A DNA stretch of 62,353 bases, the filler included, from Choristocarpus tenellus KU-1152 (taxonomy: Eukaryota > Protista > Phaeophyceae), in NCBI GenBank assembly GCA_964200185.2. It is 10 parts of 10 records of this genome, joined end to end, with 100 filler letters (N's around TTAATTAATTAA, not from the genome) between each part and the next. Parts side by side here need not be neighbours in the genome. Positions count along the whole stretch, not along the records: positions 8,119 to 13,640 come from CAXNAD020010538.1; positions 13,741 to 17,548 come from CAXNAD020017813.1; positions 17,649 to 22,446 come from CAXNAD020013020.1; positions 22,547 to 31,534 come from CAXNAD020004118.1; 6 more parts are not named here. One strand, 5' to 3'. The notes beneath the pieces were generated by a model. It worked only from the letters and a program-made list of their open reading frames with translations. It was not told where the DNA came from and did no database searches. This document shows positions 12,703-24,645 of this stretch, piece after piece (position 1 is the stretch's first letter; every line of letters starts with the position of its first letter). Made by a program: the position numbers and the translations under genes.

Positions 12703-14209
12703 TCGACATGTTGGTGCCTTGATGGAGCAAGGGGGAGGGGTGGGGGGGGGGGAGCGCCTGCTTCGATTGAAGATACCCTCAAAATTGGATTTCGAATCGG
12801 TCGTGTCTGTTCTGTTGCAAACTTAAGCTCTTGAGTTATGATGGGTTGTACCTTTTTGTATTTTTAAGCAGGGACTTTTCTACGTGATCCCCCAACATTT
12901 CTGGGCGGTAGACCGCGCCCTGTGCCTGGTATACTCACCCTGTCATTTTGGACAGTATGTTCAAGTCACGTTTTTGGGCCCCCCCCCCTCGAGTTGCCTG
13001 TGTATATTTGAGAATTATCTTCTTTCAAGGGGGTGGTGTCCGGCTTTGCAATAATTGTCAAACAATTGTAGCGTTCGCAGAAATTTCCTATGTGTGTTTG
13101 CGGTTTGCCCAAGTTTCTAAATCGCATTAGAATGACACCAATTGTGGAATTGCTGCATCTTGAAGGCTTGAGCAGGGTACGCCTCTTAAACAGTTAGCAA
13201 ATAGTGTGTGATGCGCACTCTTTTTTTGTTGTTGGAGTGCCCCCAGACAGCAAGCGCGCCTTTCGACATTTGAAATTTGCCGGGAAGACCACTACAGAAG
13301 TACGTGCATGGTATTTGTGCGTGTGAAAATGCAATATATATTTAGTAATTTAACTTTCAATGAGCTTTGATGACATGATGCACTGTAAAGGGTAAGGAAG
13401 GCTCCTTGCCAACAGTCCACTCTACTGGTGAACATGGTAGCAAACCAGTTCTGTGACATTGATGAGGTTTCCAAGGTCTTTCTTGGCAAATATCCCATCC
13501 TTTGCTTACTAGGTCTCTTGGTGGAAGAACGTTGGCAGGGTTGATTGTTCTCAATCTTGTCCTAAATTGGCAAACAACGTTGGATTTCTGACACGCCAGG
13601 GTCAAAGTATCTGGGGGGGGGTGCCGGCGTCCGTTTTTCANNNNNNNNNNNNNNNNNNNNNNNNNNNNNNNNNNNNNNNNNNNNTTAATTAATTAANNNN
13701 NNNNNNNNNNNNNNNNNNNNNNNNNNNNNNNNNNNNNNNNCTAAACTCTAGAAAATATATACACGAAGCACCATAAAACTAGATCTTGACGAGAATATGA
13801 GGGGGGGGGGGGGGAATCACCTAATTTATTTTCATGCACTATTTTTTTATTGTGTAACTGTAGAGTGGAAGCACGTAAACCATTAATACAACTGATTATT
13901 TTTTTTTTGATAATTTCGACCCGCTATTATACTGTTTCAAACCCTAACCCTAACCCTAGTTCGAAGTACGTACCTCTGCCTCCCCCCAAAAGGAGACTGC
14001 CCTTCAAACAAGCCAGAACCTCAACCCCAACCCTAACCCTAACCCCTAATACCTTGTACTTCAACCTATTATTTATTTATTTATTTACAAACCGCACCGA
14101 AACTTCAATAAAAAAATAAATACAACATCGTTATGTAGGTACTTGAACCATCAGAGCACGTCTGAACCAATACTCCAGGTCTGAACCTGTACTAACATCT
14201 GTTCCTAAC

Positions 14210-14244
<35 letters not shown>

Positions 14245-14929
14245 CTTGAACACTCAGCTTCCAGTCTTGTCCAACCTCTCACATTCATACCACAAACTGA
14301 ACGTGTACCAGTACCTGTACCTGTACCTACAAAGCAAGTCCAAAACCTACATCTACATCAAAACCGCTTCCACAACGAAGACCTCAATCACCTACAAACA
14401 GACTAATACATCCTTCTTATAATAATCACCTACAAACAGACTTCAAACTTGAACCAAGACATTAAGCCATAACCTATAAAGGTACAATCCATGCACTGAA
14501 TCCAAAACATGGACCAAAAAAACGAACTTGGAACTGCACCTGGACCAGAACCATAACTTCAACGCCAAGACAATGCGGCAGTACCTCTGTAGGTACCAGT
14601 ACCACCAAAAAACAAAAAAAATATGGGGGGTGCAAATAAGATGAATAAATAAATCACATAGAAAATACCTCCAACGTATTGCTCACGTATACACTTCCTT
14701 CCAAATCAAATATTTCAGAGTGTCAAGTAGTGTAAGTCCTATTTCTGACTTCCTTCTAAATCAACAGTATGTACTTCAGCCTCTCTTTAATAAAATATAT
14801 TTATCTCAGTACCTGTAGCGTGGAGATGATGGGCAGTGCTCCTCCTACTGTAGTCTCATACAGGTACAGTCCAGTGCTCCTTTCTGAGGAAATGATCGAC
14901 ACAGGGTGCAAGGACAGACACAACATATC

Positions 14930-15098
14930 AAACACCCAACACACCCAACACCCAACACCCAACACACACATAACACACATAACACACGTAACACCCAACA
15001 CACACATAACACACATAACACACGTAACACCCAACACACACATAACACACATAACACCCAACACACACAACATGTAACACACACACAACACACAACAC
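14930..15098. repeat. CA-rich minisatellite (~30-bp unit ACACCCAACACACACATAACACACATAACACACGTA-like)
   Basis: Visible tandem units; source of the spurious THITHV/CVLCV ORFs. Confidence 0.85.
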
Positions 15099-16857
15099 AT
15101 AGGAATGACAGGGTTAGGACCATGTCAAAGATGATGGGGCGATGGTGGTGAGAGATGTTCTTACCTCTATTCCGAGAAATTTCTCAGAACTTTCTCGGAA
15201 TGAGGGTAGGGATTCTCATTTTCTCGTTTCTCTACATGTAGCAAAAAAAAAGGGGGGGAGGGTGGGGGGGAAATAAAAATATAGGGTTAGGGCTGTCAAA
15301 AATCGCAATCCATCATCTAAAATCAACAAGACATATGCCTTCCAATGATGTAGAGACAGTCTTCTGAATAAATCCTCTCCAAGCATCACCACAACAGAGT
15401 GTACTTTGATGCGTCTAGTCTTGTTCCACATAACCAAACCCCTCTCCTCCTCTATTCCTATAAAATAATTACTGATATTACTCCAATAAAAAAACAATAA
15501 CAATAATAATAATAAAAATATATATATATATATACTTTTTGAATGCACGTTCTAGACAAATGAACTCCCTGAAAAAAAAAGGAGATTTTTTTCTCCCCCC
15601 AAGTAGGTAAGGCAGATAGATTGGTAGGTAGGTAGGTAGAGAGGCCATTCCTGAATTAATAAGAATAATATCTCACTTTCGAGTTTTGTGTTCTGAACTA
15701 CTTTCTTGTGTATAGTAATATCTCACATTTAATTTTTTTGTTGTTCTGAAAATGACCCTGGCAACAAAAATAACACATACAAATAACGAGGGGTTGGGGA
15801 TGCATGGGTCCCAGTCGCCTTTGCCTGGTGCAAGAGAAATTCAGTGAGCGCATAGGTTATGTATGCACTTTACGTTCTAATGTTCTTACTCCCTCTGTCC
15901 CAAAAAAGTCTGCGCCTTTACACGCACGTACCTCTTTTTCGGGATGACCGCCATTTTCAAAACGGATTTTTGCATTGGATTGCTTAACGTTTTTTTTTTA
16001 TTAGAATACCTTTCCTTGACATTTCTTTTGGATTAGAATGCCCTCAGTCGGTTTCAGTCAACGCCATCGATCCACCAACTCAGTTAACGCCTTCTTGTGG
16101 GCCTATCTATATGCCCGCGTAACCTCTGTTCCATAATTTCAGAACAATTTCGTGTATGTGTGTATTTTTAAGCATTACTCATCTTACGTATTTTTATTTT
16201 TTTTTCCGAGGAATCCAACGCAAAAATCCGTGTTTTTTTTGAAAAAATCAGAGGTTCATCCCGAAAAAGAGGTACGTGCGTGTAAAGGCACAGACTACTT
16301 TTGGGACAGAGGGAGTACACGCATAGGGTTAGGGTTAGGGTTAGGGTCCCAAAAAAAACGAAAAAAAGAAACAAGTTTATCACCGTCGATCGAATAAAAA
16401 AAAACCCAAAAATATCGTGGATCAAATCCCACAATACAAAATAGTATTTAATGTTGAAAATTTTATATGATAAGAAAAAAGACACTTTTGGCAGGGGAGG
16501 GAGTCGGTAACATTCTATGCACTCCATAGACAGCAACAGTAGTCAGCAATTTCTATTAAATCTACGGAAGGCGTTACTCCAGAGAGTTTTGGAGTAAATT
16601 GATGTTAAGATACTGAGTGAGTGAGTGAGTGAGGTGCTGGCCAAAGCCTCTCGGAGGACTTCTGCCCTGGCACTGCGACGGGGGTATTCCACGAACAACG
16701 CCTTACAAGGTACAGAGTACCCACCCAGTAAGCCCTTTGACCCAAGTCAAAGCACACCGCCATAGGGTTAGGGTTAGGGTTACGTTCTTTATGTTCTTAC
16801 CGGAGTCACAGGTATACCCCTAAAGACCCCAAAACCCTGGGACGCAAAATAAAAACA

Positions 16858-16992
16858 AAAACATGTCTAAGAACATGTCTAAGAACATGTCTAAGAACAT
16901 GTCTAAGAACATCTCTAAGAACATGTCTAAGAACATCGCTCATGTCTAAGAACATCTCTAAGAACATGTCTAAGAACATGTCTAAAAACATG
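16858..16992. repeat. 12-bp tandem repeat (AACAT[G/C]TCTAAG), about 10-11 copies
   Basis: Direct reading. Confidence 0.9.
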
Positions 16993-17648
16993 AGACAAGA
17001 CACGACACGACACCAGTAGCACACACACCGTTCCCAAAAGAGACCCTGGCATTATTGTCTACACACATTATCATATTTTTCCTTTTCCTAGCACACATAC
17101 CACGGCGGTTGTCTAGTGTGGGAGGGGGAACTCCTCAGTTACTGCTGCTGCTACTACTACTACTACTACTATTATTATATTTATTATTATTATTATATTT
17201 ATTATTATTATTTTAACAACGAAAGGTACACCGCCTGCGAAGGTAACATCAATAAAAAGGTACACCTGCAGGAGTTCAAAATCACAAAATCACAAAATGT
17301 ATGTTATGTTAACAAAAATAATTAAATAGAATAGAATAGAAGACAAGACAAGACAAAAAATGAAATGAATCTTGTACCTCTTTCCATCAACAATTCATGG
17401 TACAGGTTCAGCGGTCCTCCATTGGCTAGCCTGTTACTGCTCACCTGGCAACACCCACCCGGAAGTAGCACAAGGGGGGGGGGGGGGGGTATTAGTACAT
17501 CCAGCACTAGAAGGGGTTAGGGTTAGGCTTAGGGCTAGATCTTTAGAANNNNNNNNNNNNNNNNNNNNNNNNNNNNNNNNNNNNNNNNNNNNTTAATTAA
17601 TTAANNNNNNNNNNNNNNNNNNNNNNNNNNNNNNNNNNNNNNNNNNNN

Positions 17649-17781
17649 GAAAAGCTCGTGCTATTCGCCTGTAACAGAGAGACCCATTGTTACACCCCCC
17701 CTCAAAAAAATCCGTTGCCTCTGTCGAGTCGGCTACCTCCATTATCCTCTCTATCGTCCATAATGAGGTGTTGTCTACCAT
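17649..17781 (-). mobile_element. Fragment of the same non-LTR retroelement as 38505-40033
   Basis: Translation DNTSLWTIERIMEVADSTEATDFFEGGCNN nearly identical to DNTSLWTLERIMEIADTTEATDFFEGGCNN at ~38920-39008. Confidence 0.85.
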
Positions 17782-18933
17782 CTATATATTTTATTATTAT
17801 GCCCGCTGACATTTTTCAGATGTGTCAGAGGGGAAACAAATGAAAACTATACATACGTCAGTATAAGCCCTAAATAAATAAAATATCATAAATGCTGCTG
17901 CCTTACCTTGAAAAGATTGATTTCTCTGTTTTAATAATTTCCACACAATTAAGAAAATATCCTACATACATTTGTAAAATAGACAAAGTTTGCACATATT
18001 TGTGAGCATCCTCAAGATGCAACTCTGCACAGGATAAACTTACCGCATAGGGTAATACGTGGGAGAGAATTGACAATGGAATGTAGAATACTCTTGACCC
18101 CACCCTAATCTTGGTTGTGGATTATGCTCAGTATGATACGTATTGTGCGGTTGAAGGTATTTGAAAGGTACTCTTTACTTGTAGTACGAGAGCTAAAGTA
18201 TCCTAGAGGGGGGTGTAATTAGGGTATTTTGATCACAAAGGGGGCAAACAAAATGTTATCCCTGATACCCCATATTTCCGTAGGTCGTATGTAGGTATCC
18301 CCAATTGCAGGAGTCTGAAGATGTAGGTGTGGAGAGTGTCTCCAGGTGAAGGAAGTTGTCTACTCTTGAATACATGACCCCGCACATAATATCAAATTCA
18401 GAAGATAGTCATAGAGGCCCCTTGAGACCAACGATACCCCCCTATGGGATATCTTGACTTGCAAATAGATCTTGTGCAGATCGTGTGAGTAAGTACTCAA
18501 ACAGTAACATTGGGATATGCCATGCGTTAAATTGAAGACACCAGGTTGGTGGGCTGGCTGTCTGGGAGGGGCTTGACTGACTCGTGCAATCATTTCCTCC
18601 CTTCTTGACCAGCTTCATAGTGTCCATTTAGGAGTAGTAGTTTCAACTACAATCGTTCAATTAGCATGCTTGTTTTCAATTACGCAACCTTGCCGGTGTA
18701 TCTGATGGACCCCTGAGTAGGTTGTTGTGGGACTCACTGTATCTTGAAGTTATTTTTCTCCTTGTGCAGACTCTAACGGTGTTGTATTTGTTGTTTTCTT
18801 CGCTTGGAGTTTCTCCTATTGCTGCACAGCGACCTCCACTCTCCAAGATGTCAGTGGAGATAAAAACTGTTACGTATTGATAGGGTTGAGTAATTCACAT
18901 TGTGATGGGAGACTATAGTAGTAATTAGAGCAT

Positions 18934-19004
18934 GCGCCAGTAGTTCAGTGGTAGAATACGTGATTGCCATTCACGTGGCCTGGGTTCGATTCCCGGCTGG
19001 CGCA
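18934..19004 (+). tRNA. trnG-GCC: tRNA-Gly (anticodon GCC), intronless, 71 nt
   Basis: Cloverleaf: acceptor GCGCCAG/CTGGCGC + A, D-arm GTTC-AGTGGTA-GAAT, anticodon arm CGTGA-TTGCCAT-TCACG (GCC at 18966-18968), T-arm CTGGG-TTCGATT-CCCGG. Confidence 0.97.
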
Positions 19005-22000
19005 GATTTACTTCAATTGTTCTTTCTCGATGACATATCAATATTTATCTTAATTAACAAAATTAAGTCCTTCCTTACCCTTTTTCCCCGATTCCGAGTG
19101 CTGGAGTCGAAACCCCATTGGTTCTCTCCTCTCTCTATCTCTATACCTGCATACCACATACCCCCTGCGTGGTTCAAGTAGCTTACATTCTGTAGACAAT
19201 TCTTCCTTCACGCCTTGTTGGGGCAAAGATCAAGCAATGGATGGATGAAATTAGAAGAGTGGCCTTTGCGAGGTGTCTCCTATTGCTCGTTTCTTTATTA
19301 TTATTTGTGTCGAAACAGTTTAACTACAATCTCGAACTCCATAGACGATTCAGAATCCCATAGATAATTCGTATGTACTATCTCATTAGTGACATTGATG
19401 ATCACTTGGACTCAATTCAACGCAACAATCTCACATGCACAAAATATGGTACACCTCACTACTATCCTATTTTGCACAGGCAGTACCCGAATATTGCTGT
19501 CGTGAGTGAGATGTGAAACCTTGAATTGCATGAATCGTTGGTTTCCATGAAATGCTTGGTGAAAAGCGAAGAGGTAACCTAGCGCATTGATACAGTGGTG
19601 GAATTCAATGCGACGCATCTCGTGACATGTCCGTGAAGACAATGGTGAAAACTATGAGGTGCATCAATAATTGGTGCTGTGGTCCAGGATCGTGATACAT
19701 GATCTGAGTGAAGATGTTTGGATTTATTAACTCTCCGTATGCCCAATCTAGTTGTGTGTTGAGGTGCACCTATTGCAGGGCGAAATCGAAGTTAGGAGAG
19801 GGGGCAACATCCTACAATAAAGGACTAAAACACGAGATACGGGTTGTTTGAACTATGATAAATGAAAAAGAAAATCAAGTCTAATTCTTAGTTTACTCAT
19901 GTGTGTGTCACATACTGACTGGATCTGTATGTTGACGAAAATCGACCCAATGTAGTCTGCAACGGTAAGTTGCGGTCACATTCTGTGCAGGGCGGTATGC
20001 ATGTGATGTAGATGCCTGATGTGGAAGATTGAGATGCCACTGTTCCACCAGGGCAGATATTCGCGCTTTCCTGACTCCCAATGGCAGGACGATAAACGGA
20101 TAGAATGGCTCAAAGATGGACAAATGGAAAACGCCAAGATCGAGTTGACTGCTTGGGGTGAGCGCACATTAATCAGGTGATGGCCTACAGTTCTTGCTGA
20201 GTTAGCTTCCCAGCCCCTGTTTCTATGAAATTATTGATATACCACTGTTCTACCAGGGCAGAAATTCATGCTACTACTTTCTGCCCTGATGAAATAGTGG
20301 CATCTCAATGATTTAACACCTGACAAATCTGTAAAATATCAGAGGGCATAGTAATATGTACGTGGGATACTTCCTAAAGAATCATTACTAGTGTATGAGC
20401 CAATGGTTGACACTAGTTTATGGTACTAAGCTGCATCTATCTGTAGATTACGGAGGAAGTAGCATATATGTGTAACACTATCACATTGCAGAGTGCAACA
20501 GTAAGTTGTGATCATATACCGGGCGTATCGGTAATAATGCAATGCCAGTACTTATTATGCACTAAGGAACCATTTTATAGTGGATAGGCCAACAGTCGAC
20601 TCTAGTTGATGGTGTGTGACTGCATATAGGAATCACAGAGGCAGTAGTCAATGTTTCGACATGAGATACAGGAGTATGGAGAAGGATTATTGCAACGTGT
20701 TTGTTTTGGTGGGTGTAAGTATGTGGATGTGTGAGATTCTGTAGACCAAAAAGTGCGAGGAATATATTGCAATGTGAGGTGCAAGAATCGAGCGCACAAG
20801 AGGGGGTCTTTCCAAGGGACACTCAGGAGAGAAAGGAAGACAATATATCGTTTAAATATGAATACAGCAACATTGCCAATGGAGTGCAAATCACACTCCC
20901 ACCACCATGGTCCTCCTCTTGGTTACATCAATGAGAGTGTGGACACTGCAGCTTCCATCAGCAACGTTTTCCATGCGTTGGAAGATGAGACGAAGGGAAG
21001 TCCTTACACCTATTCGCCCACATATACACCTTGAACGATACCCTCACATTATTCATTTTGAGTGGCAAGAAATGGATAATAAAGAAATCAGAAGCACGAT
21101 TCCCTATATATTATATGCCCGCTCATGGCTGGACCAGGACATGTGGGCAATAGGAAGAGTGAGTCCAGCTTGCTTGTGCGCTCCTCCACCCCACACACGT
21201 TTCAAAATAGAAAACAAAAAGTTAGAACAATCTCTCACTGGAACACAACATCAAAAGTCTCGATTCAATTCTTGTATCGTAGCGATTGCTTGTATGATTC
21301 ACAAAAAAACATTGTCTTTTCAATTATCGAAATAAGGCTGTATTTTTCTAAAAATGCTACACGAGTTCTGCGTTGTTACGAAGGCTCAAGTAAAATACGC
21401 GGAGTTAACGTCAAATACATCAGCAAGGACGATTTCCTGTTTATGTTTTGGAGATCCATGCACTCGTCTGTCATGAATTGGCAACCTAGCTGTCTGCACT
21501 CTGCTTGTACGCGTTGGAGAGGGTCGACAACCCCCCAAAAAGTTGTCGCAGATCATTGCCGTGCACGGCAATGATGGTGCTGTCGATTTGCATCGCCTAC
21601 CTTCCAGTTTGCTTACTTATCCAGCTGTGTGGGTGTCGTTACGGTGTTGGTAGATAGGCCATTTTTTGCCGTTTTCGTTAAAGCTGTTATCCTTTTGTTT
21701 TGCCCCCAAGGGGACGACAGAAATTGGAGGGGGCCGTTAGGTCCACCTCACGGGATTGGATTAGTTTTCAACTAGCAATCACCACGCATCAGCAAAGGCT
21801 TCACGCACTATGGTATTGCCCCAAGCGCAAAGATACTTGATGGCACGTGAAGGTCAGCGGATATATACTAAAACTATTATTGCCCACATTTATTTGTTTC
21901 GGGTTGAAACGTCAAATAGGAGTAGGTGATTCTTCGTCATGAATCGATTGATTGTTGATTTGAAGGCGCTTACACTACTACTTCGATATATGGTGCAATG

Positions 22001-22864
22001 GCGTTGTTCAGAAACATTCTGTAGTCTTATCATGGAGGAGGAAGCAGCGTACTACTACGTGGTACAACCGATTGTCGAATATAGCTCCTATGACGAGAAC
22101 GAGAGTAGAACCAAGGAATACACCGTAACACCGTATGTTGAAACGTGAGATTGAATAAATCTTGCTCTCGTAAGGTGGCAGATTGGTTGTGGTGAAGGGG
22201 TGCCATAGCGCACTGAAGCATCGATGAATTCTGGCTGATGGACCTAGTGAAATGCTTTGCGCAGTCAGATGACACTTGATGTAGTGATGGGTATTCTCTT
22301 GCGCATCCAAAGAAGGAAGAAATTCATGCTCTGTCTAGAGGCTTGTCACCTTGTGAAGAAGGGCTTTGTTCGTGTTTTAACTCATAATGTATTGTATCCA
22401 GTGGGTGAAAGTATCTGGGGGGTGTCGGCGTCCGTGTTTCACCCTTNNNNNNNNNNNNNNNNNNNNNNNNNNNNNNNNNNNNNNNNNNNNTTAATTAATT
22501 AANNNNNNNNNNNNNNNNNNNNNNNNNNNNNNNNNNNNNNNNNNNNGGGGGGGGGGGGGGAAAGTGGGTCGCTCACATGCTAGAGAGGGAGAACTGTTGT
22601 ATAAACAGGAAATCCCGAAAGCAACTCCCACTCCCCCATACTCGACTACCCTTCTTTTGATGTATATATTGCCATCAGGAGAACAGCGACAGATTTGAAA
22701 TACGAATCACACCCTGCTACTATTCTAAACATTTCTTAATCATATAACCACAAAGAATTAACTCAAAGTTCAAGCAGAACGAAAAAATATTAAGGGGTTG
22801 TTATGTGGGTTTGGATGCAGAGCAGAAAAGCGCGTATTTGGGAGAAGGGGGAGGAGGGAAATAC

Positions 22865-24645
22865 CTTGTGGAAACGGTGCTTGCATCCCGGAATAACCCT
22901 AAGCACATCACCAGGTTCATATTCCACGAGGCAGATTGCACACATGTCTGCTGTGCTGTCTCCAGCTAGACACTCAGATGTTGGCCGTGTCCCCACATCA
23001 TCCCCCGACCCACTCCCCACATTCTTAATGCCTTTACGGCAATCTTTTCCCAGCTTCCTGTTGTCCAACGAGGCTTCTGTCACACAGGCATGTCCGTTGG
23101 TCATCGCAGTTTCTGTTGCAGCACGCTTGCCAAAGCGGCTTTTGGGACCTGCCTTGTATTTTTCCTGGGGTAGCCTCTCTATACTAGTCTTGGGCAACCC
23201 TTCACTCCTAGAGTAACCGATGTGTCCGTCAGGGTCATTACGGAAGCTGCACAAGTCCATCAACTGTAGGTAAGGAGACCATGAGAGGAAGTCATTTCGT
23301 ACAACATTAGTTGGAGGGTGACAGAAACATTGGGCGATTTGAAGGGTGGCGCAGAATTGGTGGGTTATGTTGATGACCCAATGATACTGCAAAGATATTT
23401 GGGAGTTACAGTCTTCTGTAGTCAGGAGGAACCACTCTTTGAGCTCTCCGCATGACCGCAGGATGGACAGGGCCAAAAACTAGCGGAGCTATTGTGGAAA
23501 TGGAACAATCGACCCAAACACAGTGCACAGAACCTCCCAACTCGATGCTTCCATTGCCCAGCTGAGTAGAATAACCATGGGACAATAAAAAATACTGCTT
23601 TTAACACAGTTGGGCAACAAAACAAGGGAAACCTCAAAACAAAATTGCAGGATTCAAATTGTTCAGTGCCCTCTCCCCCCCCCCCCCCTTCAGTATCCCC
23701 AAGTTCAACACTTTAAAAGTGAGTGAATTTCCTCAGTTCCTGCATATTTGAGAATGAGGAAAAAACACGTACTCCAAAATGGTCTTCTTGTTGTGATGCA
23801 GTCTACCTGTCACCTACAAACAAACACCCTACAGAATGATTGCATGGAATCACTGAACAATGCAAAAAGGAGAAGAAGCTGACACAAGAAAATAACCTAA
23901 TAATCAGGAAACAGGCATGAAATTGTTGCATCCATTTTGATCCAAACTCACTCTCGTTTTCTGAATCATTTGCAAATAGCATTGGTCACACAAGACAAAG
24001 GATGGTTGAGAAGGATGTGAATGCAGCAGCCGATCGCATGTGCACTCACTCGTCCACTCACACCAAGTCCAGTGACCCGAAAATAGAGAAGACCCAGCCC
24101 ATAAGAAAGTACTCTTTGTACACTTCGTCAAAATTCGAGAAAATTATTGCATCCATGTTGAGGAATTACTAACCAGCACGTGCCCGATCTTAATTTGATT
24201 TCAATAGACCTTCAGCGCCCAGTATATTCTGATGCTCCCTGTGATACACCTTGTTGATCACACTTTACTTCCCCAACAGATCCTTGTACGGTACCTTTCG
24301 GACGGAGCAAAGCACCACCAGAGTCACGATACCGCATGCTGCCACAACGAATATAGCCAAAAACATAGTGTCCTGCTCATCCGATGTATTCGACGTTGAA
24401 TTCTGGGTGTTCTCAGAGTTTTCGTTTTGGTTGTCATCCGTTCGGAGGCGCCTCGGGTGTACCCGATACTCCTCAGAGGCATCGGACAGGCGCATGGGTC
24501 TTTGAAGAGAGCTGGTGGGCGAATAAGTCAAGGCAGTAAGAGTCGTTGACAAAAAGGTAGAGATCGTCAGAAGAGAACATACAGGGAGATGGCGCGTCCA
24601 CAAACAGTGGACCTTTGAACTGACCAGAACACCTAAAAAAAACAT
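22865..24645 (-). CDS. Single-pass membrane RING-H2 E3 ubiquitin ligase (ATL/RNF13-like), partial
   Basis: Exon ~24645-24295 carries TM helix MFLAIFVVAACGIVTLVVLCSV followed by RK. Exon 23263-22865 ends CAICLVEYEPGDVLRVIPGCKHRFHK|GT, the first half of a RING-H2. The remainder is presumably beyond the gap at ~22500; start codon uncertain. Confidence 0.75.

Noticed and set aside
14769-15151. Cys/Val- and His/Thr-rich ORFs
   Set aside because: Translations of a CA-rich minisatellite.
16806-17024. 72-aa ORF with MFLD/HVLR repeats
   Set aside because: Translation of the 12-bp tandem repeat.
18948-19181. 77-aa ORF overlapping the tRNA
   Set aside because: Spurious frame through tRNA-Gly and its flank.
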